A stretch of DNA of 64,000 nucleotides from Octopus bimaculoides (taxonomy: Eukaryota). The stretch lies in assembly GCF_001194135.2 (NCBI RefSeq), contig NC_068982.1, positions 92,208,683 to 92,272,682 on the forward strand. The letters run 5' to 3'. This document shows, piece after piece, positions 1-13,044 of the stretch (positions within the stretch are counted from its first letter, which is position 1; the number at the start of each line of letters is the position of its first letter). The notes below the pieces were generated by a model. It was not told the origin of the DNA and did no database searches. It saw nothing but the letters and a program-made list of their open reading frames with translations. Position numbers and translations under genes: made by a program.

Positions 1-912
1 AGAGCCATCTGTTACATGCAGTAAAAGCTAAAGCTGAAACCAATTTGATAGAGTGTTGTTGGGTCCCTATAGTCAATTCTGCTTGAGAAGACATTGTATA
101 CCGGTCGATGATTGAACATTTGGAATTATTAATCTGTAGGGCCTAAATCCTTGTCATGCAGGTACAAAATCTGTTTAACCATGAAAATTTGGTTATAATT
201 GTGGGCATGTTGATACTGACCCATTAACTCCTTGGAAGTGTAAATAAAAATTACCAGTTTTCGTAATGCTAATATCCTTGAAAAATTCCTTTTTCCTAAA
301 ACTCTGAAACTTCTTTTTATTTAAGAAACCAATACTAGAAGTCAGCATTCATATGTTTCTGGGAAAGACTTTTTATCCAAATAGTTGATACTACAATTCA
401 AAATATTCAGCTAATTAATTTTAAGAAAATAGTCTGTTGATACAGTTAACATAAGAGTCCTGACTATAATGCATGAAAAATTTCACTCATCTCTATAAAA
501 AGTGGTTTTTAACACTATTGCAGCTCACTCAATACTATCACCCATACTTCATGCATTACTCAAGATACAAGCTTCATCCCCCCAAATTACAGCTTGACTT
601 ATTGGTTACTGTCCAAATGGATCTCTACCTCGTAGAATCCTGCTCACCACACTCAGCTATGATGGCTCCTGAAGGAGTATTCCTGTAGCAGAAACTTCCA
701 TGTTTGCTGTCTGATTTACATGCAAAGCCATACTGCACACAAGACTATCTTTTTCTTCTCCACCAGTTTCATCATTGCATATACACTTCCAACAAATGTC
801 AGGATAGCTCTAGTCACCTAAAACCAACAGTCACTGACTTTGACAATGTCCCTTCCATTTCCCTTGAAAGCAGTACAGCCTAAGCCAGCTCTGTCTTTGA
901 CAAATTTTTACA

Positions 913-914
<2 letters not shown>

Positions 915-964
<50 letters not shown>

Positions 965-974
965 NNNNNNNNNN

Positions 975-1010
<36 letters not shown>
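915..1010. repeat. (CT)n microsatellite with a 10-N gap
   Basis: Direct inspection. Confidence 0.95.
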
Positions 1011-1014
<4 letters not shown>

Positions 1015-1309
1015 ACTAATTTTTGGAAACATGCTAATTATCACAGGTGACTTCTTTCTCACCTCTAATATTTCAAAAGTAACCAAAACGGTCATTAACA
1101 CCTTGAGTCTCTCTACCTCCTCAATCAGTACAGCTTCAGTGGAACCAGGTTTGCTGTGGTCCTGCATACTATTCACTTTATTAAAGCATTTAGCCATGTC
1201 TAATATGAAAAACATCTGACTAAACTGTTCATCCTTGGGCTCCATCTGACTTCTGTTTCTTGGGTCAAAAGCTTCCTGTTCAGTTATGCAGTTTTGCCCA
1301 TATTCCATC

Positions 1310-2100
1310 ACCTCTGGTGTTCCTCAAGGCTTAGTTATGTCTCCCCACATTCTTCCTCCTCTACATTAATGACATGCTTGCTTCACTTCTAACAATATTC
1401 ACTCCAAGACTGATGACACTATACACAGGATCATCCACATGCAACCTAAACACCCCATGTCAAATCTGCACTGTTTCCATGAATAGAAACTTGAAAACGT
1501 TCTCCAAAGAAGACAACAATCTTGTTTCCTCCAACAACAAAGACAATAAATTCACATCAAAACTCTTTAGCTTGTCATAGACAACAAACAGCTAAAGTCC
1601 TCAAAATTACTATAAATGTTAGACCTCACAATCACAGATATTTTTTTTTACAATGGTGATTTCGTATCCATAGCATAACAAAGACGGTATCTTATTGACT
1701 AGCCTTCCCTGTCAGAACTAGAAAACATTTGAACTTCAATAAACTGCTGACTTTTTACGAAGTTCAAATGAAGCCAACCATGTAATGCTGCTTCCACCTC
1801 AGGGAAAACAATACTGCTGCACACCTTCATGCAAAAGCTCATTTAGCTAGTTAACATGGACGCTCCAATTTCTGTCTCTTCTCTCAACAACTACCATACA
1901 CAATGTCCTCTGTTTCTTAGAACTATCTCTCTGCATACCACCTTTTCCAAACCAATTTGATACCTGTTTCTCCTCCCACAAATTGACCCCCATTTCCATT
2001 CCATTCAAGAACATCAAGTTTCTGGAATTTCCTTTCTGTCTATGTTTTCATTGTAATCATTGACTTAGAGATGTTCAAGCTGCAGCATCTGCCAATCTCT
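1310..2100 (+). mobile_element. Decayed CR1/L2/Jockey-type LINE RT fragment
   Basis: SGVPQG..YIND and DDT motifs readable across frameshifts. Confidence 0.55.
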
Positions 2101-2708
2101 AAATATTTACAAAGATTATGATTACTGTCTCTTTCTCATGACTAAAGCTATATAAAAATTCACTAGTACAGACATAGCCTTGTAGTTAAGAAGTTTGCTT
2201 CACAACCACTGCGTAGCACTTTGGAAAATTGTCTTCTACCATAACTTCAGTTGACCAGTGTCTTGTTAGTAAAATTTCACAAAAACTGTACAAAAGTCCA
2301 TTATGTAACTATGTATATCTGCAAAAAATGTAAGCTTAGTAAGCAAACTGATAAATGCTTTCAAATAAAGTCCTTTGTGGTATTTTATCTACCCAAGACA
2401 ATCCCTTGACATTGCCATTGTAAGTGCAGTGAACGGGTGAATTGGCCTGTTGTAACCAACAATGTTATTCACAAAATATGAAGTCCAAGCAGTTCATCTG
2501 AATGGAATTCTCCAAGGAAGCAGATATTAATCTGCTAAATGATTTATTTTCAACGAAGAGCCAGAGTTTTAAAATGTTCTCTTGGTTACAAGAAGTAAAC
2601 ATGACTTGATTTTAAAATTGTACATTGTGAAATTATTTCATTGTGTGTGTGGATGGATATGCTGCAAATGAACTATGCATATATTTTTGTTTGTGAGTTT
2701 CTACTAAT

Positions 2709-2767
<59 letters not shown>

Positions 2768-3644
2768 ACATACATACGAGAGAGAATTATTTTAATACCT
2801 ACTTTTCCATACTTGCATGTTTAGACAGAAATCACATTGCTTCTTTCAGTTTCCACCTGCCAAATCTTTTGACAAAGCTTTGGTCTGCCCAGAGCTGTAA
2901 TAGAAGACACTTGTCCTGGATTCCTTGCAGTAGGTCTGAATCTGAAACCTAGTGGCTGGGAAGCAAACTTCTTAACCACCCAGCTTATACATACACATGT
3001 GTGTGTGTGTTTACATATTTCATGCTCAACACTGCTTGAACAAAGCAGTAATGATGTTGACTTCATGACTGGTCAGTACATACTTTCATGGCCATGTGGT
3101 ATAAAAGATGTCTCTTGAAAAACAAGTAAAGGTTGACAATAGGAAGAGCATCCAGTCATAAAATTCTGTCTCAAACCTTCATCCAAACCCATAATTGCAT
3201 GGAAGAATGGATGTTATATGAATGAATAAAAGAATATATATGTTTACATCTGCTTTCTATGCTGGCATATACTTGCTTCATTTCTTTCAAGTCTCTCCAG
3301 ATTCTCTTCTTTCAAGGTCCATGTCTCTCCCCCCTATATCATTGTACTTTGAATGCATGCATCTCACAGTCTACCTTTCACCCTTAGAAGCCCTTCATTG
3401 CCAGCAGAAGTAAGAACTCACTGAATAATTTCCAATCCTTTCTTATTGTAGATACTATGCTTCCAAACACACTCATCTACTTCTAATTAGGTCACTCAAG
3501 GAGCAGAAACTAGTCAATTCTAATGAGCTTTCAAAGAATTTGATAGTATCAACTTCCCATGGGTTTCTGGAGTTTACTACCTTCATCTATAGAATAAAAA
3601 GTTTATTAGAGTTGTAAACTACATACACAAATAAACTTAAATAC

Positions 3645-3685
<41 letters not shown>

Positions 3686-4272
3686 CATCATCATAGATGC
3701 ATTCAATTGTATTTTTATAGAGTTGTATTTATATGTATCATTAATGTCCATTTTTCCATGCCTGCATCAGTCAGATGGAATTTGTTGAAGTTGATTTTCT
3801 ATGATTNNNNNNNNNNNNNNNNNNNNNNNNNNNNNNNNNNNNNNNNNNNNNNNNNNNNNNNNNNNNNNNNNNNNNNNNNNNNNNNNNNNNNNNNNNNNNN
3901 NNNNNNNNNNNNNNNNNNNNNNNNNNNNNNNNNNNNNNNNNNNNNNNNNNNNNNNNNNNNNNNNNNNNNNNNNNNNNNNNNNNNNNNNNNNNNNNNNNNN
4001 NNNNNNNNNNNNNNNNNNNNNNNNNNNNNNNNNNNNNNNNNNNNNNNNNNNNNNNNNNNNNNNNNNNNNNNNNNNNNNNNNNNNNNNNNNNNNNNNNNNN
4101 NNNNNNNNNNNNNNNNNNNNNNNNNNNNNNNNNNNNNNNNNNNNNNNNNNNNNNNNNNNNNNNNNNNNNNNNNNNNNNNNNNNNNNNNNNNNNNNNNNNN
4201 NNNNNNNNNNNNNNNNNNNNNNNNNNNNNNNNNNNNNNNNNNNNNNNNNNNNNNNNNNNNNNNNNNNNNNNN

Positions 4273-4538
4273 CTCCGGCAGGGGATGGTTGCAAACCCTG
4301 CTGTACTCTTTCACCACAACTTTCTCTCACTCTTACTTCCTGTTTCTGTTGTGCCTGTAATTCAAAGGGTCAGCCTTGTCACACTGTGTCATGCTGAATA
4401 TCTCCGAGAACTATGTTAAGGGTACACGTGTCTGTGGAGTGCTTAGCCATTTGCACGTTAATTTCACGAGCAGGCTGTTCCGTTGATCGGATCAACTGGA
4501 ACCCTCGACGTCGTAAGCGATGGAGTGCCAACAACAAC
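4273..4538 (+). mobile_element. Second copy of the 17632 SINE family; 5' part lies in an N gap
   Basis: Near-identical to 17753-18003. Confidence 0.85.
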
Positions 4539-4651
4539 GATTTATATAATACTTGGGGTTGGTCTTTTTTTTTTTTTTTTGCCAGACCATTCCCAAATAC
4601 AATAGTGATTGCTTATAAGCTTTAAGCTTATAAAAGTTTTATTATTTGCAG

Positions 4652-4755
4652 AATTGTAAAACTCAGCTCCACTTATCAAATCATTGCAGAAAATGCAGAT
4701 TTGTTTATAAAAACAACACTTAGGAAATTATAGTTCTTAAATCTGACAGGAAGAG
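4652..4755 (+). other. Candidate non-coding 5' exon, possibly IAP 5' UTR
   Basis: Acceptor TTTTATTATTTGCAG (4650-4651) and strong donor GAG|GTGAGT (4756). No transcript evidence. Confidence 0.3.
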
Positions 4756-7082
4756 GTGAGTGGGTATATTGGTGTAATGGTAGCACAATTGTCACAACAA
4801 CCCACTTTTTTCCATCAAGGGCTTATCTGCCCCAACACTAGACTATTTTCTTTAGTCAATACATGGTAATTGCTTGTAAGCTTTAAGCTTATAAAAATAT
4901 AACATCTGTTTTAACACACAATTTCACATCAGGAGTCTTAGGAAGCAAATACATGAACATATAGGTACAAGCAGTACTCTAATGAAGTTGGCTTCACAAC
5001 CACAGGGTTCCTTGTTTAGTCCTGCAGTATGGCAACCTCAACAAGTGTCTTGTACTATAGGCACAAGTCAACCAGTGCCTTGTGAATGGAAATGGTAGGC
5101 TGAAACTAAGAAGAATCTCATTGTTGTATGTGAATATCTTTTCACGTGCCTCATTAACACTACATGAATTAAAGAACTGTCTCCTTTTACATTCACCAGT
5201 AAACAAATGTAGTTTTAACTTTCTAGGAACAAGGACCATTGGAGTGAAAAAATTACTTAGCTTGAAAAACAGTCATAGGCTGGTGCTAGGAAGAGCACCC
5301 TACTAGAAAATTTTCATCAGCAAGTTCTAACTCATGGGAAAATGGACATAAAACTAAATATGTATGTGGTGTGATTTTCAACAAGTAATATGGCACTTGA
5401 TCAGTTAAATTACATTTTGCACTGTGGGGTGTGCCCTTCATCCTCTGTCAACTAGAGTTTATGATTTTCAGCATCTTCCATTGGTATTCTTTCCACAATG
5501 ACAAGCAGCTTTGATGTGACCAAGTTATGTCTGGGCTATTGAGCCCACACTGTAACACACTTTCTCCCTCACCATCCAAGCAGCTTATATCCACTCCAAT
5601 CATTCAGCAACTGTTTGGTTTCGTTACTCAGAATTTGTATATTTTAAAAACACATTTCAACCAAAGGACTTACTAAGTATGACAAGTCCTATTTATTTAA
5701 ATGTACACACTACAGCTGTTCAACTGAAAGTCTTGTCACATTTGACATGACCTTGGGCTGAAATGGTTGTTAGGTCTTTTAAATAAATCTATGAAAGCTC
5801 TACCTTTGCTTTTTGCATTATATACCTGAAAGCTGTCTACTTCATTTTATTCCCATTAACAAAGAATATAACATACAAATGTATATGCATTACAATGTTT
5901 ACTTTATAACTTCAGAATTTTTTTTTTATTTTTTTACTATCATTTTAAATTTCAGTAGCATCTAATTCAAATTATTTCATTTCAGAAGTCACTTTTTTCA
6001 TTGTTGGTTTATAAATTTTTCCATTCATTTCTCTCTTACACCTGAGAGACCCAAATCTTTGACTATTTCAGTTCAGATTTATCTCATCCATTATATCCAA
6101 TTCATCATCGTCTTTTAACACACTGTCCATGCTGACATAGGTTAGATAGTTCCATGGGATCCAATAAGTTGGAGGACCATATAGTGTTCCAGTGTGGTTT
6201 CAGCATGGTTTCTGTGGCTAGATGCTCTTCCTAATGCCAACCACTTTACAGTGTGTGGATACTTTTTTGTGGCACCAGCACTAGTGAAGTTGTCTTCCAA
6301 CTTCTTTGACTAAAGGGTTTAAAGAGGCCTCTATATCTGTAGACAAATAGGAGAGAGGAAGTGGGATGATGAGAAAGATGAAATGTTATGAGAGGAGCCT
6401 ATTTATAGTCATGTGAGTAATGACAGTAGTAGAGAGAGTAAGAAAGTAGTTGCTGTTGGGGGAGGCTGTATGGAAGGGAAAGAATTGGTGTCAGTGGTTA
6501 GAGGAGCAACACTGGTATGGTTAATGAAGTGGATTGTATAAAAGGGATCTAGGGCTGTCCCACATAAGGTCAAGTATGGGGAAAAAGGAACATGAAAAAG
6601 AAAACCACAGGGTGTTGAGGATGCAGTGAGGCTTGGGATTTAGACTATAGAGGATGTTGAGGTGCTAGAGAAGCTTCGGGAGAGAATAGAGAAGAGGCAG
6701 GGAAAGAATGATGGGAAGCAAGTGGTGAGACAAGGGATATGAATGATAAGGTAATGATTAAAGTGAGCAGGGAGTTGGCTGGAGGAAGAAAGATGTACAC
6801 TGGTAGAGTGATGATGGACTAATACAGTTGCTTACACATTGGTCTAGTCAAAGATGGGTGACGTAGAATGATGGGGTGGCATGTGAGGCAACCATTCATA
6901 GCTGATTGGGAGATAAGAGATGGAGGGTAATGAGTGTCAAGGGGTTGAGATGATTAAAATGAATGCAGAGTGAGATGGATCAGGGTGCAAAGGCTGGAAA
7001 CAAATACAGGTTTTGCAGAATACAACTGTTTACATACCCACTCACATATACATGCCCTCAAATACACTGATATATACATATA

Positions 7083-9118
7083 TCATTAGCATGGGTTGGA
7101 TGGTTTGACTAGGGCTGGTAAACTGAGGGGCGGCACCAGACTCCAGTCTGATTTGGCATGGTTTCTATGGCTGGATGCTCTTCCTAATGCCAACCACTCC
7201 AAAAGTGTTATGGGTGCTAGTTATGTGACACCAGCATCAGTTACATTGCCTCCATGAAACCCAGTGCTCGAATGGTGCTTTTTACCTACCACCGGCACAG
7301 GCACCTGTTACGTGACACCAGTATTGGCCACATTGCCTCCATGAGACACCAGCATTGGCGACAACTATGATTTCACTTGACTTGATGGGTCTTCTCAAGC
7401 GTTGCATGCTGCCAAAGGTCTCAGCCACTAGTCATTGCCTCCAAGAGACCTAACGTTCAAAGATCATGTTTCACCACCTCATCCAATGTCTTCCTGGGTC
7501 TACCTCTACCACAGGTTCCCTCCACAGTTAGATATCAGCACTTTATACAGCAGTCCTTATCCATACACATCACATGACCATACCAGTGCAGTCACTCTTG
7601 CACACCACACCTGATGCCTCTTATGCCCAACTTTTCACACAAGACACTTACACTCTGTTGTACATGCACACTGACATTGCACATCCAGCTAAGCATGCTA
7701 GCTTCATTTCTTTCAAGCCTACACATATCCTCAGCAGTCACAACTCATGCTTTACTGCCATGTAGCATAGCTGTTTGTACAGTCATCATACAGTCTGCCT
7801 TTTACTCTGAGGGAAAGGCCCTTTGTTACCAACAGAGGTAGGAGCTCTCTAAACTTGGTTGCCTAAATAATAAAAGCTAACGACTACCTTTAGCTTACCC
7901 CACTGGCAGTTGATGGAGTCTATTTTCTGTATATTTTCAGTGTTTATTGTACCTGTTCACTTTCCACACACAAAAACTATTTTCCCAGTTAATCTTCCTC
8001 TGATATTGCTGCACCTCTTATGTTTCCATAGCTTGCACTGGGTGCATCTAATGGAGTTTCTACCCACATCTTTCCTACAGATTAAGCAGGCCATCTACCC
8101 AAAGGGATTTGTGGTTTGTCTGCTTTCCTACTTAGTAAGACTCTGATTTTTGCTAGGTTAACTCTAAGGCCCCTTCAATTCCAGACCTTGCTTCCACACC
8201 TGAAATTTCTTCTCTAGTTCTGGTAGTGATTCAGCTATAAGAACAAGGTCATCAGCATAGAGGTGCTCCCAGTGGCAGCCCGTCTTAAATTCCTCTGTTA
8301 TTGCCTGGAGGACTATGATGAACAAGAAGGGACTGAGGACTGATCCTTGGTGAATCCCTTCTTGTACCCTGAATTCATCACTATACTCATTGCCAACCCT
8401 CGCCTTACTGACAGCATCTCTGTACATGGCTTGTACAGCTCTCACCAACCACTCAGCTATCCCTAGTTTCTGCATTGACCACCAGATAAGGGATCAGGGG
8501 ACCTTGTCAAAGGCTTTCTCCATGTCAACAAAAGCCAAGTACAAAAATTTATCTTTGGCTAGGTATTTCTCCTGCAGCTGTCTTACCAGAAATATAGCAT
8601 CAGTAGTGGTTCTCTCTGGCACAAAACCAAACTGCATCTCATCTAGACTAACTCTCTTATTAATTAGTTGGGCTATGACCTTCTCTGTGACCTGATCTAA
8701 CAATTTGATACCTTTGTAATTATTTCTGTCTAAGGCATCATCTTTACCTTTGTAGCAGTTGACTATGGTGCTGCTACACCAGTCATTGGGTATGATTCCT
8801 TCTTGTACCACCTGATTAACTATGCAAGTGTCTAGACCATAACCCACACCACTAGATATTTTAAGCATCTCAGCAGTGATTACTGATGGGCCAGGGGCTT
8901 TCCTTATCTTCATATTTTTCATGGTTTGTCTACAATGCTACTGTCTATTCAGATTGCTGGTCCCTCTGCTGGATCAACATTAGGCTGACTCTTCTTCTCC
9001 CATGAGTTCTCTACATTTAGTAGCCTTTCATCATGGCATTCCAAGCCGCTTTCTTTGCAGAGTCTCTAACTGCAAGTGAACCACCATCCATGCAAGCACA
9101 TTTCTCTCCAATATCACA
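7083..9118 (-). mobile_element. 5'-truncated RTE-clade LINE relic
   Basis: RT motifs KAPGPS, NYKGIKLL, QFGF, DMEKAFDKVP, QGSVLSP, YADDLVL; RTE C-terminus; shared 3' tail ending near 7083. Confidence 0.9.
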
Positions 9119-9197
9119 CTAATATATATACCGGAGTAAGCACATAAAATGTGTAACAAGGTGGAAAAAAGAGCACTCAAATACCAGAGGTAGAGTA

Positions 9198-9295
9198 ATA
9201 TGCTTTATTTAAAAGCAGCAGAAATATAACAAAAGACTGTTACTCAGAGTCCAAGTAACAGTCTTTTGTTATATTTCTGCTGCTTTTAAATAAAG

Positions 9296-9300
<5 letters not shown>
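9198..9300. repeat. Inverted repeat, 47-bp arms, 9-nt loop
   Basis: 9198-9244 vs 9254-9300, 1 mismatch. Confidence 0.92.
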
Positions 9301-9340
<40 letters not shown>

Positions 9341-10590
9341 GATTTAAATTGAAGTTACTATTAGTTTCATGCTGTAAAAACATGATGATCTGACAAGCTT
9401 GCATAGCATGCCATATATTTTCCAAGCAATCTTTTTTTGGTTTCAAATATACACTTGTATATTAAATTATATTTATCTCTCACTGAATGGAGAACTTTTT
9501 TTTTCATTGATCTCACCAATAACAGAACAGTACATTATGTATATATACGTACACACATACACCTCATACATGTAGGCACAGGCATGGCTATATGGTTGAG
9601 AAGTTTGCCTTTCAACCAAATGGTTTTGAATTCAGTCCAACTACATGGCATTTTGGGCAAGTGTCTTCTACTAAAGCCCCAGGCCAACCAAAGCCTTTGA
9701 ATGGATTTGGCAGATGGAAATTGAAAGAAGCCTGTCACGTGTTTGTGTGTATTCGTGTTTCCTTGCATGATAGTTGTAAAATGATTGTCACTGTCATACA
9801 AGTGGTGTCTTTCATTTCCATTCTTCCGTGTGACCATGTTTGGCCATGGGGAAATATTACCTTGGAAATAGATGAGGATTTGCAACAAGAAGGGCATTCA
9901 GCCATAGAAAATCTACAACAAATTTCGTTTGACATTACAGCTATAATGATGATACGTAAATACTCACACACAAATTATATATATCATTATCATCATTTAA
10001 AGTTTGCCTTTCACACTGGCATGGGTTGGATGGTTTGACAGGAGTTGGCTGGGCAGAAGACTGCATCATGCTTCAATGTCTGTTTTGGCATGGATTTTTA
10101 TGACTGGATGCCCTTCCTAACACCAACTACCCTGCAGAGTGGATTTAGTGCTTTTTACATGGCACAAGCACAGGCGAGGTCAGTTTTGGCATGGTTTTTA
10201 CAACTGGATGCCCTTCCAAACTCCAACCACTTTACAGTGTGAACTGGATGCTTTTTACATGGCACCAGCACTGGCAGGGTCACCAAGTAACTTGCAAGAT
10301 AAAAATCCTTTGAGAGGAGAGAGGGCATTGGAGGAGGTAATCTTGTGCCAGATGAAAGGTTCAAGTGTGACAGAGAGACAGAAACAGGTGTCTTGCTGTA
10401 GAGGAATACATAGTTACCTGGTCAGAGAGAGTGTCAAGAATGAGGATGGAAACAGATGTGTTGCTTTAGAGGAGATACATGGTCACTCAACCAGAGGGAA
10501 GAGTGAGAGATAGAGGAAAAAATAGAAATGCTGATGATTATGTTCTCTGATAATTCATTGTTACTAATGGTGAATTTAGTTTTTTAATAA

Positions 10591-10630
<40 letters not shown>

Positions 10631-10703
10631 CAAAATGTGCATTGATATGATGATAGGGATAGAGGTTGGAATATCTATATCTGTACTTGTGCATATGTAT
10701 ATA

Positions 10704-11884
10704 CATGGGTCGAACAAAATAATGGAAACACCTTAAAATTTCAAGCAAATTTATTTTAATGTGAGGTAGGACCACCCTTGGCAGTAATTATAGCTTAAAT
10801 TCTACGAGTTATGGACTCGTACAAAGTTTTAATTGTTTCCAAAGGAATTTTTGTCCATTCTTCAGCTAAAACAGTCTCCAATTCCTGTATTGATGATGGT
10901 GGAGGATATTAACTCCTTACTTGTTTTTCTAAAATGCACCATAAATATTCAATAATATTGAGATCTAGGGACTGTGGTGGCCAGATATGATGTTCAACTT
11001 CACTAGAATGTTCCTCGTGCCATTCAGTAACAACTTTAGCTGTGTGAATTGGTGCATTATCATCTTGAAAGATTGTGTTTCCCTCTGGAAACAGTTCCGC
11101 AACCATAGGATGAATTTGATCAGATAAAATGCTTAAATAGTCTTGACTATTAATTCCTGCCATGAAGGGAAACCNNNNNNNNNNNNNNNNNNNNNNNNNN
11201 NNNNNNNNNNNNNNNNNNNNNNNNNNNNNNNNNNNNNNNNNNNNNNNNNNNNNNNNNNNNNNNNNNNNNNNNNNNNNNNNNNNNNNNNNNNNNNNNNNNN
11301 NNNNNNNNNNNNNNNNNNNNNNNNNNNNNNNNNNNNNNNNNNNNNNNNNNNNNNNNNNNNNNNNNNNNNNNNNNNNNNNNNNNNNNNNNNNNNNNNNNNN
11401 NNNNNNNNNNNNNNNNNNNNNNNNNNNNNNNNNNNNNNNNNNNNNNNNNNNNNNNNNNNNNNNNNNNNNNNNNNNNNNNNNNNNNNNNNNNNNNNNNNNN
11501 NNNNNNNNNNNNNNNNNNNNNNNNNNNNNNNNNNNNNNNNNNNNNNNNNNNNNNNNNNNNNNNNNNNNNNNNNNNNNNNNNNNNNNNNNNNNNNNNNNNN
11601 NNNNNNNNNNNNNNNNNNNNNNNNNNNNNNNNNNNNNNNNNNNNNNNNNNNNNNNNNNNNNNNNNNNNNNNNNNNTCTTTGAATGTCCGATAGATCTGTT
11701 ATTTTAATGAATTTTAATTACTTTTTTCTGATGATATCTAAAAAGAAACAGCAATTTTAGCAAAACATATTAAGCAATACTAATAATAAATAAAAAAAAT
11801 ATAAAAATAAACAAGCTTTTGATAGTTTTATAGATATTTCAAAATTATGATGCTAGGTGTTGCCATTATTTTGTCTAACCCCTG
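10704..11884 (-). mobile_element. Tc1-like DNA transposon relic spanning an N gap
   Basis: 29-bp imperfect TIRs (CATGGGTCGAACAAAATAATGGAAACACC and the reverse complement of 11856-11884), TA at both flanks. Transposase C-terminus FQDDNAPIH..WPPQSLDLNIIEYLW..KGGPT at 10756-11174. Confidence 0.88.
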
Positions 11885-11999
11885 TATATGTGCATATGTG
11901 TGTGTGTGTATATATACAGACACACACATATATGCACATGTACAGTTATAGAGATCTCAGCCTCTATCAATGTTATCATATCAATGCACATTTTGCTAA

Positions 12000-12480
12000 A
12001 GATAGTCAGGTTTTATGCAGCACTGTGTTGCTAATCACTGCATCCTTTTATCCTCTCCTCCATGAGATACACCATCTTCATTGCATGTTTTCTGTGGTTT
12101 CCATTTGGAGCTCACAATACTTTCTTGGTCAGCAATCATCTTCCACATGCATTACATACCATACCAACATGGGCTTTTCTCTGACATTCATGCACACTGA
12201 TATTACACATTCATCAGAGCATGCTTGCCTCATTTCTTTCTAGCTTTCACTGGATCTCCACAGTCAAAGCCCATGTCTCACTACCATGAAGCATTGTAAT
12301 TCAAGCACATATACAATCTGCCTTTCACACTGAGGGAAAAGGCTTTGTTGCCAGTGCAGGTAATAGCTCCCTAAATTTTTTTCCTACCAGTTCTTAGCAG
12401 CAACTATACTTTCAGAACATCCACCTCACCTAAGTAACAGAAGTTATCCACTATTAGTGAACTAGCTGGGCATTTAAGTG
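12000..12480 (-). mobile_element. Decayed RTE C-terminal fragment
   Basis: Visible similarity to 7480-7850 and 61000-61330. Confidence 0.6.
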
Positions 12481-13044
12481 AATCTATTTCTAGCATGCTC
12501 TGAGTACTTAGTACACAACCCTTTCACACATATATACTCTTCGCCTTCTTAAAGAAGCATCCCTAGGAAATAAATTATTTTCTTCTCTACCATGTAACAT
12601 TAATTCAAAGCTGCTTTTCGAGTGGTAAATTACTTTGAGTTAGACTTTCACCAAAAATAGCAAGAAAGAAAATATTGAATCATTTAATGTCACAATTAAT
12701 GTGTGAGGAGTATAGACATGTACTATACCAAAGATGTTGGGCATAAGCACCTCCCAATTGTGGTAAGCAAAGTTTATGCAAGGTAAGGGTTTATGAAAAT
12801 AATTTATATGTTAACCAACTTGTATGAACATGATTCAATGGAGGTTAAACTAAACAAGAAGACAGAATAGAAAAATAAAGTAAAAGTATTCAATCACATA
12901 AGCTTTAATGCTCCCATCTTGATAAAACTTTTAAAATGTTAAGTATACAGCTTTTTGTTTATCTCTTTTTGATAGCCAGATGGTTATTCATCAAATTCAT
13001 ATGATATTTTTGTATTTTTTAGTTTCAGTCACTGGATACGAGCA

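Noticed and set aside
880-1311. 143-aa minus-strand ORF as a host gene
   Set aside because: Ends in a (GA)n translation; the DMAKCFNKV motif suggests decayed LINE RT.
3707-4397. Long ORFs full of X (also near 11143, 32026, 48252, 50228)
   Set aside because: Open only because they cross N gaps.
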